DNA of 64,000 bases from Podarcis erhardii (taxonomy: Eukaryota), in assembly GCA_964252035.1 (NCBI GenBank), contig OZ176204.1, one strand, 5' to 3'. Position numbers and translations under genes: made by a program. How positions within the stretch are numbered: the stretch's first letter is position 1; every line of letters begins with the position of its first letter. A model generated the notes under the pieces. It was not told the origin of the DNA, did not search any database, and was given only the letters and a program-made list of their open reading frames with translations. Positions 25,055 through 37,173 of the stretch are shown here, in pieces.

Positions 25055-25869
25055 ATTCAGCTAGATCTTTACTATTTTACATTTGTCATAAATAGGAACA
25101 GTTTCTACAGCCTTCTAGGGATGTTCTTTAACACTGGTTCCTCTTGAACATCAAAGACCCAATTCATGGGAAAAGGGGGTGGGGGGAGAGACAGTATGCC
25201 ATTTATGTTACTTCTTGCATATTTTATTCAGAAAAGAGGATGAGATGCAAATTTTCAGTGAAAAGTATCCTTTTGTAGCTCAGCAACTATTTTTGTTACA
25301 AATATATTGGCCACTTCTCATATATGGTGAAATGACCTATTTGCATGTGGGAAAGGGGCATTCTGGGCCATGCTGAAACTTTATGTCAAAGAAACTTGAA
25401 GGCTGAATTAATCAGCACTGCACATTCCTGGTAAGATGTTACAAAGACTATAAATTGTATTTTTTTAAAACAGTAGAATAATGAGCACATGATTACATAA
25501 TAATTGCACAATTTTTGAATTGCTTATATTCGAAAGCCATGTACTTGTCAAAAAAAAAAAGGTATCTGCACAAAAAGTATGGGGAAGGACAAATAATTAA
25601 GTGATGAGATTCAGCCTATTAACTGACTACTACTATGCATTAGCATTACTACAGAAGAAATTATTGTGGATAACAGAAAATATGTGTGTCCCTCTAGAGA
25701 AGCTTTGGGAGCAGTGATGTGGGTTGATGGAGGGAGAGTGACAATGCAAAAATCGCCTTACTTTTGCCGTCCACTGATGGAAGCCTCCACTGGATCAGAC
25801 CACCTTCTATCACAGGAGGGATATTATTGGATATAAGCTATTAAAACTTTGAAGTCTAAGTGGTATGCT

Positions 25870-26053
25870 GCTAACAATCTCCTTTCCCTTCCTCCCCCAC
25901 AACAAACACTCTGTGAGGTAAGTGAGCCTGAGAGACTTCAGAGAAGTGTGACTAGCCCAAGGTCACCCAGCAGCTGCATGTGGAGGAGCGGAGACGTGAA
26001 CCCGGTTCCCCAGATTACGAGTCTACTGCTCTTAACCACTACACCACATTGGC
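25870..26053 (-). mobile_element. tRNA-derived SINE (Squam3-like)
   Basis: Reverse complement gccaatgtggtgtagtggttaagag (A box) ... ccgggttcacgtc (B box) ... ctgggtgaccttgggctagtcac. Confidence 0.8.
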
Positions 26054-26545
26054 AACACAAGTCTTAAGGGGCAAGCCAAACGGGCAGCCAGTTGGCAGGG
26101 CTTTACAGATGCAACCCCAGTAGGACTGGCTCAGTTTCTGATGGATCCAGGGCCACCTCGGCCACCTTCCATGCCCACTGCTGAAATACTGCATTTCATG
26201 ACCTTCTGCCCACACATTTGGCAGGTGGAAGGGGAATTCTGTACCGGGGGAGTGACACTCCCTGGTTTCATCTCCTGCAGATAAATCTGATCTTGAAGAG
26301 CTCAATTTCTTCTAGGATCTCCTCTCTCTCCGAGGTTTCCAAAGAAGCCAAGTCACAGCAGAAAGGAGGAGTGAGGGGACAAAACACTGCCACAACCCCA
26401 TTTTGACATTTCCTGGATTCTGATCATCTCAGCCAAAGGTTGATCCAGATATTGGACAAAAATCAGATGCAACCCTTGACGCAGAAGGTGTCTACAGGAA
26501 AGAGATGAATTATCAGAAACAATAAATGCTTATTATATAGGCCAG

Positions 26546-26910
26546 GGGAGTGGGTGGCACTGTGGTCTAAACCACTGAGCCTAGGGCTTGCCAATCGGAA
26601 GGTCGGCGGTTCGAATCCCTGCAGTGGGGTGAGCTCCCGTTGCTCAGTCCCAGCTCCTGCCAACTTAGCAGTTTGAAAGCATGTCAAAGTGCAAGTAGAT
26701 AAATAGGTACCGCTCTGGCAGGAAGGTAAACGGTGTTTCCGTGCGCTGCTCTGGTTTAGCCAGAAGCGGCTTAGTCATGCTGGCCACATGACCCGCAAAA
26801 ACTGTCTGCGGACAAACGTCGGCTCCCTCGGCCAATAAAGCGAGATGAGCGCTGCAACCCCAGAGTCGTCTGCAACTGGACTTAACTGTCAGGCATCCTT
26901 TACCTTTACC
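26546..26910 (+). mobile_element. Sauria SINE, full length
   Basis: A box gtggcactgtgg, B box ggttcgaatcc, (ACCTTT)n tail; 13-bp TSD TTATATAGGCCAG at 26533-26545 and 26911-26923. Confidence 0.95.
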
Positions 26911-27386
26911 TTATATAGGCCAGAGAACAGTGCAAGCTGATTTGGGGTGTGGCACTTGAAATGGTCTAAAAAAACAGAGGCACAACAATCTGAAAGGAAT
27001 ATTTCGGCACATTGGTTATTGCCAACTTTTCTGAACAGCAGTTCCATCTGTTGTGCATTGTGTACTTTTCATTTCACAAAATTTATGCACTGCTTGACAG
27101 TTGTTGTTTTTTTAAAAAAAAACCCATCAAAGCAGTTTACAAAGATAAAAAAGGAAGTCAAGGAAAAATTAGACCTCATCCCCAAAGGTGCCCTTCTTCA
27201 TTGTTTCCTGAGACGGACGGATACCAGCAAGTTTAAAACATACAAGGAGTTAAAATACTAATATAGGTTAAAATTCACATCAACTTTCTAGGCATCTGGG
27301 TAGGCTTTTTTTTTTTTTTTTTTTTTTTTTGAGGGGGGGAATGTGGTATTACCCAAAAGGTATTGAGAATAGATAGGTCAAGGACT

Positions 27387-27744
27387 AGAAGAGGAGGTTA
27401 AGAGGTGATATGATAGCCATGTTCAAATATATAAAAGGATGTCACATAGAGGAGGGAGAAAGGTTGTTTTCTGCTGCTCCAGAGAAGCGGACATGGAGCA
27501 ATGGATCCAAACTACAAGAAAGAAGATTCCACCTAAACATTAGGAAGAACTTCCTGACAGTAAGAGCTGTTCGACAGTGGAATTTGCTGCCAAGGAGTGT
27601 GGTGGAGTCTCCTTCTTTGGAGGTCTTTAAGCAGAGGCTTGACAACCATATGTCAGGAGTGCTCTGATGGTGTTTCCTGCTTGGCAGGGGGTTGGACTCG
27701 AAGGCCCTTGTGGTCTCTTCCAACTCTATGATTCTATGATTCTA
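27387..27744 (+). mobile_element. CR1 3' fragment, same young subfamily as 12795-15160
   Basis: The 85-aa ORF2 C-terminus differs from the other copy by one residue; (TTCTATGA)n tail. Confidence 0.96.
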
Positions 27745-28871
27745 GATAGCTGCCACATCCGTGAATAGCTATCACCGTTAGCCTCACAGCAAAGAGGGAA
27801 GACATTCAAATTTTGCCAGACATTTGCTGTGTTTTAATTATATTTCTGCTCCTGTGGGCTGTTGTTGAGCCTATTTCTCTTAGTTGTTCTTCTACTGTTG
27901 TGATTTTATTATAAATGGCCCTATCCTTGTAAGCAAATAGTGGGACCTTCTTTCTGAAAAGCAAGGCAGATTTCTAAATAAATAAATAAAACATTACCCC
28001 ATATTTGTGCCACTCTTCTGCTCTTCACCCCCAGATTAATTCTTGATGTTATCGCTGTACTGAGTAGTCTTGATATCTGTAATTACATGTCCCCTTAGAA
28101 CTTTGTCTTCTGTATATGACTTTCACCACAGGCATATTTAATTAATTTAATTTGCCTCAAATAAAAATCTACTCACCAAAATATCATTGCTTGCCTAAAT
28201 ACACACACATAAACACACAACATTTGGATTAATACAAATACATCTGATTTCTCCCACTATCTAGGGCAGTGTTCCGTATGTTTGTGTGCTATTAGTGCTG
28301 TAATAATTTTCACTTTCGCTGTAACTTCAATGTTTTGATTTTTCTAGGCTATAATTAGGTCCCATGTTGCATGGTCATTTCAATCTTGATACTTAGATCT
28401 GTTTCACAATTACCTTTGTCATGTTTTATAGAATTAAGAGGGTTAAAAGAAGTCACTTTTAAAAAAATCTTGATGATGTTAGATCTGGCTTGCTGCATTA
28501 ATCTGCCTTATCTGCATTAATTTAATTTTCTTTATCTCTGTGGAAAGCTGCTTGGACTTCCCTACCTTCCTAACTCTGATGATCAAAGACTTCACAGAAA
28601 TATTTTCAACACTGTGCTGTATCAGTGTAATGCACATTGGATAATCTTGCAAACACTATGCCATTAAACAAACTCAGAAGGTTAGCTAAATGGAATTTAA
28701 GTTGTAAATATTTATCTATTACCTATGGGAAATCCCCCAAGATAAACATTGCAAATCTTTCAGGGCCTAAATACAGTTGCACCTAGATCCTAAAACACTT
28801 TGAAGCCCCACTGATTTCAGTCGGCCTTAGTCTAATAAGTAACACTTGGACTCAAATCACCCAAATAATAT

Positions 28872-29497
28872 TGTTACAGATTTGGGGGAACCAGAGTCTG
28901 AGGGTGCAAAGGCACCTGTAATTGTAAGTAGTTAGTGAATGTCAGAAATTGCTGAATGCTAGAAACCACTAAATGCTTAGAGTCTTCCCCTGGGATGGAA
29001 ATCGTTAAGCATGCCAAAGGTGTTGATAGCCCGTCAAAGGAAGATGCTTGGGTCTGTGAAACTGAGGTTGCCAGGGTAACGTGGATGTGATGTCACACAG
29101 GAAAAATGTTGTCTTTTTAAAAAACAGAGGTTTGGAGAAAGGGCGGGTGAGCAAACAGAACGGGAGGTGTTGTGTTTGGCAAGGTGTTCTGGGAGGAAGG
29201 AGGACAACAAAGGAGAGAACTTGATGTAGTGCTGGGTGGAGGAGGCTGCACTGAGAAGCCAGGGGCCATGACTCGCTGCTATTTTGGACCCAAACTTGCT
29301 GAAGCTATGAGGGGGTCGAGAAACCCTCTTGTGGTGTACTGTATCCCACCTCCACTGAAGGCTTCCAGGTGTAAATATGTGTAAAATAAACTGTATTTCT
29401 CTGCTGTGCCTTGATTTTCCAATGGAAACACAACCCTGCCTAGAAACCCCCTGGAATCTTGCTACCACTGAGCAGAGACTAGGGGTGGCGTGTAACA
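28872..29497 (+). mobile_element. Solo LTR (Gypsy-like), 626 bp
   Basis: TGTTACA...TGTAACA 7-bp inverted ends; flanks ATAT/ATGT (4-bp TSD with one mismatch); AATAAA ~110 bp from the right end. Confidence 0.8.
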
Positions 29498-32150
29498 ATG
29501 TTGTATCATATGACTGCTTAGCACCAACGGACGGCAGAAATACAATCCCAAAATAGGAGACAGTATTAAGGTATATAAAGAGAAACATGGACATAGAAGA
29601 AAGCAGGTAATTCCAGTATATTGCAGGATGGAAGAACACCTTGGTAAAGCTTGGATACCCAGAAATGGATTAGTTAAAGAAAGGGTGGGGAGTCATGGAA
29701 AAGCACCTGCAAGAGAAGGCCAACTTAGCTAGATGAGCAGGAGGGAACAAGTAGAAGGCAACATGGTGGTATGACAATAAATAAGCTTCTGCATTCCTAA
29801 GAAATGATAAATTTTGATTTAAAAATATTTTGACAGCATCCGAAAAGCTTCATATTCTTATTGTGTGTTGTCCACCTGTGTAGCCCTACTTCGCTGGGGA
29901 ATAGCTAATTCCAACAAATTTACTAGTGTACTGCTGCAGCTGAAGGACATGCAAACATAGTCTTTCCTGACACTAACTGTGTAGACACAAACAAGGTCAA
30001 CGTTTTAAATGTGTTATCAGAGCGTACGTTTTCCTAATATGCCTTTTCGACTTTATAAAGGTCAAAATTAAGTGCATGATCATTTCCCCAACAAGATACT
30101 GTTATAAAAAGGCACGTGGCATGCTTTTGACAGAGAAACAGTTCCCAAAAGAACATAAGGGTAGCAAAAACGAACCGTCAAAAAGTAGCAAAAATGCTGA
30201 TCTTCCAGTAGCACTGTCATGGTACATCTAATTGATAGTGCTGGACCCCACTCTGTTCCACAAATAAATCTTTTAAGTTATATTTGTGACTGTTTTTCCA
30301 TGCTCTGTGTTGAAGAATTGCCTTTGCACAGTCTCTGCAATTAAATCATGGGTCAACATTAGCTTCTCTGTTTCCTCCTGCTCCTTCCTATTTCAAGGGT
30401 CTCCTTTACTCTTCACATTACAAATCACTGAGATGTACAGTAGTATCAGCTTCCTGCTATGTAAACTGTTCATGCTTGCCATGCAGTGACCTCTCTGTAT
30501 TGATTCAAGACATCTGACAGTCTGCACTGGTCTCTTTAAATTCATGGGTGTCTTCTATCTCTTCTGCTCTTTTGATCAGCCCTTTTCTCCCTCCTTCACT
30601 TTTTGCACAGGTAGCTATGGAAAGCAATAAGACCTAGATTTCCACTGCCCCTGAAAAGCAGTTCACTGGGCGCTAAGCTTTAAAGAATCACATTTTCCCC
30701 CACGCCAGCTGTTTCTATCCCACTTAATTTGAGTACAGGAGTTCCAACTATGTCACAATCAATAAAATGGCATCCGAAGGTTTAAAACTTTCCAGCTTTA
30801 CTAGGTAATATCTCAAGAAGATCAACCTTTTTAAAGGTTTAATTTAAAGCAGAGAGGAATGGTTTATATTGATTCTAATACTCTAAATGCTTTTCTTATT
30901 TTAGCAATTACCTTCCAATAATTATGTTTTGAGCACCAGAAATGTGTACCTGATTCAACAGCATGTGGTAATTATTACACTTTGCCTCGAACTATAAAAT
31001 TAACTTTGGGAAGTACAGAACTTGAAGATAAATTCTGAAACAAAAGTTCGTGGTGAGTTTGAGATATAAGAAGCAAAAGGAACTGTAGCCCTACCACTCT
31101 TGGAATACTTAGATGTATTATTTCAGAGTTTTAACAGCAAAAAATAAAGCCAAAATCTAAAGAACACTTGATCCCTGGCATTCAGTTTTCATGGGCAAAT
31201 GCTCTTTCCCAACAGGATTACAGTAAAATTTAAAAAATTTAAAATGTAGGGTCATTTTTGCCTGTCAGTGCAAAATTCAACTAGTGAATTGGCTGATTTT
31301 GAGTTTTATTTTAATCCTAATAATGTTGTCCTGATAGTAAGACTATTTGGTAATAGTGTATAACAGCAATCAAGAATCCATTAATTTTCTTGCATATTAT
31401 GTTGGAGGGTATGGTTCAGCAACAGTGCCACTGGCAGGTGATACAGTGGTGGTGTGTGTCTATGGGAGGGGGGTGGGGTGGCGGTGTGGCAGAGCAGGGT
31501 GGCACTTCTTGTTTTGCCTCAAGTGGTGAAATGGGAGGTACCGCCCCTGATCTCAGGATTCACAGCTGTCAGTTCGGAGGGAAGGCAGGCAAGGACCCAA
31601 AGCCCAGGTGGAGCTCACTAACTTGGGGAGCTGGAACAACCCAGGTGGAGCTCACTAACTTGGGGAGTAGGTGTGTAATTCCTCAGCTGGAGTAGGCTCA
31701 GGACAGGTGAAGGTTCCATGCCTTGTCAAACCCAGATAATATAACAGGAAAGCCGTCCTGGGCAGGCCTGCGTACATATTAGCAAAGTATATAGACTATT
31801 ATTTTATAAATATTTCTCCATGCTTTGTTTCAGTATGAATACTATGTAATAGTGTTAATTCCCTTGGACTTTCTTTTTACATACAAAGTATCAAAATAAT
31901 CTTTTGTTTGCTTAGAGATGGGCAATATTTAGCTGTCAAGATATTGTTGATTATTATCCCTGACCACTGACAATGTTGACTGAACGGATGAGAGTTGGGA
32001 GTCCAATCATAACTGAAAGGCTGCAATGATTCCCACCCTTGCTTTAGTTGGAAGTGCACTATGGAACCTCAAGGTGCTTACTGATGTGATCTCAAAGCTT
32101 CTGTTGGTTGGCTAACAGGTGATAGAGAAGAGCTAGAAGACCAGATGTTG

Positions 32151-32220
32151 GAAGAAGAAGAAGAAGAAGAAGAAGAAGAAGAAGAAGAAGAAGGGAGAAG
32201 AAGAAGAAGAAGGGAGAAGA
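32151..32220. repeat. (GAA)n microsatellite, interrupted
   Basis: Directly visible. Confidence 0.97.
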
Positions 32221-32449
32221 TCAAGGCAAGTACTGACTGGTCAGCACAATTTTGATACCTAGAAAGGTTCTAAAACATATAAATATGTCAGTTTGTACAC
32301 ATTTAGATCACAAAGACCCAGCATGGGTTACTTAAGATGTGTTTCCAGTTTGACGTTATATCCTTTTTTGAATAGAGTTACTGGTGTTAGCAGATCAGGG
32401 AAATGCTGCTGATGTATTTTATCTCCATTTCAGCATGACATGTGACATA

Positions 32450-32790
32450 AAAAAAAGGCTAATGCAGTTCTAGCTTGCATCTGTTCTGCTTTGGTCAGGC
32501 AGCCAGGAGTAGTGTGCCCATTACTGGGCACAGTGGATTAAGAAAGGTATCAGCAAACTTGACGTGTGTCCAAATAAATGGTGAGGAGCCTGGAGATCAG
32601 GCCATATTAAGGAAGGTGAAGGCTGCTTGACAGTGGAGCAGCCTGCCTTGGAACATGGCTGACTCTCCTTCATTAGAAATTTGTAAGCAGAGATGGATGG
32701 CTACCTAACCAGGATACTGAAGAAGTGGGCTTCCTGCACTGGCAGGGAGTCAAACTAGACAACCTTTGAAGACCCTTTCCAACTCCAGGA
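32450..32790 (+). mobile_element. Old degenerate CR1 3' fragment
   Basis: aaaaggctaatgcagttctagcttgcat (KANA.L.C), tctgctttggtcagg, and terminal cccttttccaactc-like motif. Confidence 0.65.
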
Positions 32791-35195
32791 CACTGCTTTC
32801 CAAGGCATAATGATGAAATGTATACGTTTCCATTGTCCGTGTACTAGGATTTCATTAAAATATTGTTCTCAAGTAAGTGGCTCAACACATATATGCAGAA
32901 GAGTAAAAAAAGGATTGGATACAATGGATAAATAAAAATCCTACTACTACCTTACAGGTAGTCAGATTTAAACAGAAATGATATTGTAAGTTAAAAAAAA
33001 TATGCAGCTTGTCCTTGCTCATTTACTTCGGACTCAGCTGTCATTCCGAATTGCCTTTAGCCACTTCAACTAAGCATTTCTCCTCCTGTTTAGCTTTGAG
33101 ATGGAGATGTGTCTGAGTAAAGTATACATACAGGTGCTACCAGAAAGTGTCAAGATATCAAATCAAGGCAAATAATTCAGAATAGATGCTTGCAGTAAAC
33201 AAATAAGCAAACAGCCGTCAAGAAGAGCACACCTGAACTCTTGCATGTGATTATAACAGCTTCTTAAATGCAGTACATAAAATAGAAAAGTAGTACAAAC
33301 TCATGCTGCCACTGTTTAGTTCACTGGAGGGGGGGAATTAATGGCTGCTCTCTTTTCCTCATAAACCTGTTGGTTTGTAGGATCCACTTTTTCAGGGTGT
33401 GATCCCTTATTAGTGGGAAAATACACGAACATATTGGAACCACATGAGTGGGGCAAATTTTACAGGTCTTTCATAACTGAGGTCCATATGATCAGGTGAT
33501 GGAATTGCACAATGGGGGGAAGAGATATTGAAGGTGTGCAATGGTAGAGCAGCTGCAGGTGCCTTTACCTATGAGGAAGTAACTTTGCTGACTTGATTAA
33601 GTTTCTCACACACAAATACTTGGTCTTGTTCAGGGCTGCTGTTCGCTCTGGGAGAAACACTTCTACTGAAAAGCAGGCCAGTGCTTAAGAAGCATGTACC
33701 TTTGACACACTGCCCAGTTCTGCAGGTATAGTTTACCAGCAGTATGTGTGAAAATTCTCTACCCTTTAATTTCACACTAAATGTTTGCTGGTGGGATGGA
33801 CACAAAGGATAAAGAGAAATTGCAATGAAAAATAGTCATTAGCAGAGCCCTGTGTATGTGGACAATAGGCCTTGTGGACAACACAACACTGGGGACTTAA
33901 ATTAAGGCACAGCGAAGAAACATTTTCTCTAAATTAGAGGTTTATGCACCTTTTGCACTGTGACCTGACTGAACAACATAGCAAAGAAAAACGTAGGCTT
34001 CCAAAGGGTCTCATTCTGAGGTGACTGCTGTATGCTAGAGTAACAGTATTGCCTGAGGGCTGCTATTAGTCACAGGCAGAGAGAAGCCTTTTTTGGTACC
34101 CAATTTTCTTTTCATTTCTTTAACAAACCAGCTGGTTTGAAAATGTACTACTCTCATTTTACTGAGGAAGACAGCCCCAGGATATTTTCCAATGGCTAAG
34201 CCTGCAAATTCATTGATGGAAACACTGATTCCAAGATCAGTCCACACATGGTTAAATTCAGTTTATAAGCTCATCCCTCAAAACTGATTTACAATTTCTC
34301 CTCAGATAATAAGTTATCTCTTCCTGTTTATACTTGGATCCTTTCTTCTCTAACTTCAGTCAAGGTCTTAATACTTGCAAAGTCCTCCCCATCTCCCATT
34401 CCTGTCTCTCTTTGATATTCAGAGTTTGGGACTGCAATTGGAAGAACATATGATCAGTAAGGAGATGTATTATTCCAGACAATTCTGGGTATCAGGCTAA
34501 ACAAAATGTATTTTATGCAGAAATATGTGTTTAGAAAAAACCACATGCGCTACAACTATTTATCAGTGTTAGTCGTCAAAAATATTGGCTAGCATTTCAG
34601 TTTTACACATTTTTCCAGTTATAAAACATGCACACCTGCTCTCAGTCTGAACTCTATTAACTGAGAAAAAGGAAGGAAAAGCACCCTCTTAGAATTCAAC
34701 ATGTTGAGAAAAACATTTCTGGACTCAAAAAATGGGCTTGTGGTGCAAAAGGTCACTACATTACAGTCTGTACTTTGTGTAAAGTAAACCTGTTCCACAT
34801 TTGGCACAAGAGACTTACCTGCATAATAGTTCACACCTGCTTAATGAAAATATTTGCCATATCTGATAAGAACAGTTGAGGGTTAAAAGTCCTAAATATT
34901 TTGTGTTAAATTTTATAGGGATCCGCTGAGTTGCAGGCATTAATTCATTTCCTTCCGATCTCTATTGGACCTCTGCTCTCCAACAATGGCTATGCTAGCT
35001 GATATCGATCAAGAGTGTTAACGCCTTCATGCATGAGTTAGTGTTAAGCATGTTGATTATATGAGGCTGGTTACACCACACTTTCCCCACAGAATTGGCA
35101 ATATACCTAGGAAGGTTGTGTGTGCTGATTCCATGAGAAAGACCCATGCAACTGGCCAACCACTGCCCATGTGGTTAGCCTACTGAGCCAATGTA

Positions 35196-35437
35196 CAGTG
35201 GTACCTCGGGTTACATACGCTTTAGGTTACATACGCTTCAGATTACAGACTCCGCTAACCCAGAAATATTACCTCGGGTTAAGAACTTTGCTTCAGGATA
35301 AGAACAGAAATCGTGTTCCGTCAGTGTGGCAGCAGCGGGAAGCCCCATTAGCTAAAGTGGTGCTTCAGATTAAGAACAGTTTCAGGTTAAGAACCGACCT
35401 CCGGAACGAATTAAGTACTTAACCCGAGGTCCCACTG
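35196..35437. mobile_element. ~240-bp MITE family, copy 3 (orientation B), 420 bp from the MGMT exon donor
   Basis: TIRs and TA duplication. Confidence 0.92.
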
Positions 35438-35857
35438 TAATTTAAAAAAAAACAACAACCCCCAAAATATTCTCCACCATTTTTCTGTAGGGGCTGCCAT
35501 TCCCCACCAATGACACCAGGTCTGTGAAAACATTGTGGAGGATGCAAAATGGTGGCCTGGCTTCCACACAGTTGCAATGATTGCAAACCAAACCACCACC
35601 ACCACAACCTGAGCTCCTGCCACTGCTAATGGTGAATCCCACCCTGGAGAAACTGGGAAGAGTTTATCCTCCCCCTGGAAAAGTTTGTGAAATAAGTCTT
35701 CCAAATCTCTCTGGCCACAAGTATAATGAAATAATTCAAGAGGCCATTTGCATGTGGCTCTAATCTAAAATTTTCGGATCAGCATAGAATCTACTTACAG
35801 ACAAGAAACTTTCATACAGCTAGGCATGCCGCATATGACAATACAAAATATACAGAC

Positions 35858-36018
35858 CGTTCTCCAGCAGCGGGTGGTGAAAAGGGGGCACCGGAAGCTT
35901 CTCTATCATCCAGGGTTCACAGAAATAGGCCTGAAACCAAGCCACACACTGTTTCAGCGGCTCCGCTGTTTCCTCTGAGGCTTCACATACTTCACAAGAC
36001 ACAGATGCATCTGCAGGG
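35858..36018 (-). CDS. MGMT: MGMT internal coding exon (N-terminal domain; equivalent to human exon 3), 161 nt
   Basis: Reads PADASVSCEVCEASEETAEPLKQCVAWFQAYFCEPWMIEKLPVPPFHHPLLEN, matching human EPLMQCTAWLNAYFHQPEAIEEFPVPALHHPVFQQ. Acceptor ctaatgttatcattcttctag with a CTAAT branch-like site; donor G|gtctgt. The terminal G plus CT from the 5890 exon gives GCT, in frame. The 5' boundary is less certain because of an alternative CAG at 36013-36011. Confidence 0.93.
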
Positions 36019-36795
36019 CTAGAAGAATGATAACATTAGTTTAATAATTAGTTTCACAGTCTAACTGCAAAGTTTTTTTTTTACAAACAAAAGAGTACGA
36101 TACCAACTCACACAGAATGAATCTCCCCAGCCCACATACAAGAGCAGCAGAAAACACACACACCCCCTACGTCTGAAGAACTGAGCATCAAATTAGAAAA
36201 GGGGAAAACAATAAAGTAGCTCAGTTTTCGTTTAAGAAGGAAAGGTCCAGGTAATGTTTACTTATGTTTTATATTATTCAAGTCCAACAGAACAGAAATA
36301 TCTTCTTTTAACTTTCTACATCCCCAAGAAAAGTGATTTCAAACCCAAGAAAAATAGAATTTCCTGTTCTTAACTATGCAGACGTGAGCAAAACACTGAA
36401 AACACTGAACAGCAACAGTAAAAGTGTCAAGTGTTACTATTGTTGAGCAATGCTTATAAACTAGAAAGCAAAATAAACCCTCTGTGTACTTTAGTGAAAC
36501 ATACATATAGGTGGTGAGAGGGACAAAAAGTAGAAGCTAATTTTTGCATTTGCACTTCCAGTATGACTGCAATTAATCAAATATGTCACAGAGACTTATA
36601 TACAAGAAATGCATGCCCAATGCTTGTGGTCCCTTCCAACTCTACAATTTGATGATTCTATGATTGCCAACTTGCAAATAGTTCTCATTTACTGGGAGCC
36701 ATCTATTGTTTTGTATTGTTACGTTCCTTATTTAGGATATGCAGTGCTTTTTTGGGGGGGGGGTGTACTCAAGGGTATTCAGTACCGGCACCTTT

Positions 36796-36836
36796 TTGGT
36801 TTGGTTTGGTTTGGTTTGGTTTGGTTTGGTTTGGTT
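36796..36836. repeat. (TTGGT)n microsatellite
   Basis: Directly visible. Confidence 0.95.
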
Positions 36837-37038
36837 AAAAAGTGTGGAACTTACTGTAACAACAACACGGTGAATACCAGCAACTATTTTTCTAGAAAAA
36901 AGCACTGAGGATATGAAACCTTAAGAATTTCTTGCTCCACTTCCCAGGAGAATATAGGTGGTATTCACCTGAAGTTTACTCAGAACCTACTGAAATTAAT
37001 GGACCTAACTTAATCATGTTCATTTTCAATGAGTAGTT

Positions 37039-37173
37039 CAGGCTTCCTCAACCTTGGCCCTCCAGATGTTTTGAGACTACTATTCCCATCATCCCTGACC
37101 ACTGGTCCTGCTAGCTAGGGATCATGGGAGTTGTAGGTCAAAACATCTGGAGGGCCTAGGTTGAGGAAGCCTG
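37039..37173. mobile_element. Short hAT MITE, 135 bp
   Basis: Perfect 16-bp TIR caggcttcctcaacct / aggttgaggaagcctg; 8-bp flanks GAGTAGTT/GTTTAGTT (6 of 8 match). Confidence 0.85.

Larger units (their letters stand above)
5891..35857 (-). other. MGMT: MGMT intron (~30 kb) between the two exons
   Basis: GT...AG ends and compatible phase 1/phase 1 junction; no other MGMT-like coding sequence found in between. Confidence 0.88.

Noticed and set aside
25990-26053. tRNA-like A/B boxes (also in Sauria SINE heads)
   Set aside because: SINE heads without a complete cloverleaf; not tRNA genes.
29034-29639. 201-aa minus-strand ORF
   Set aside because: Mostly inside a solo LTR and crossing its boundary; no protein motifs.
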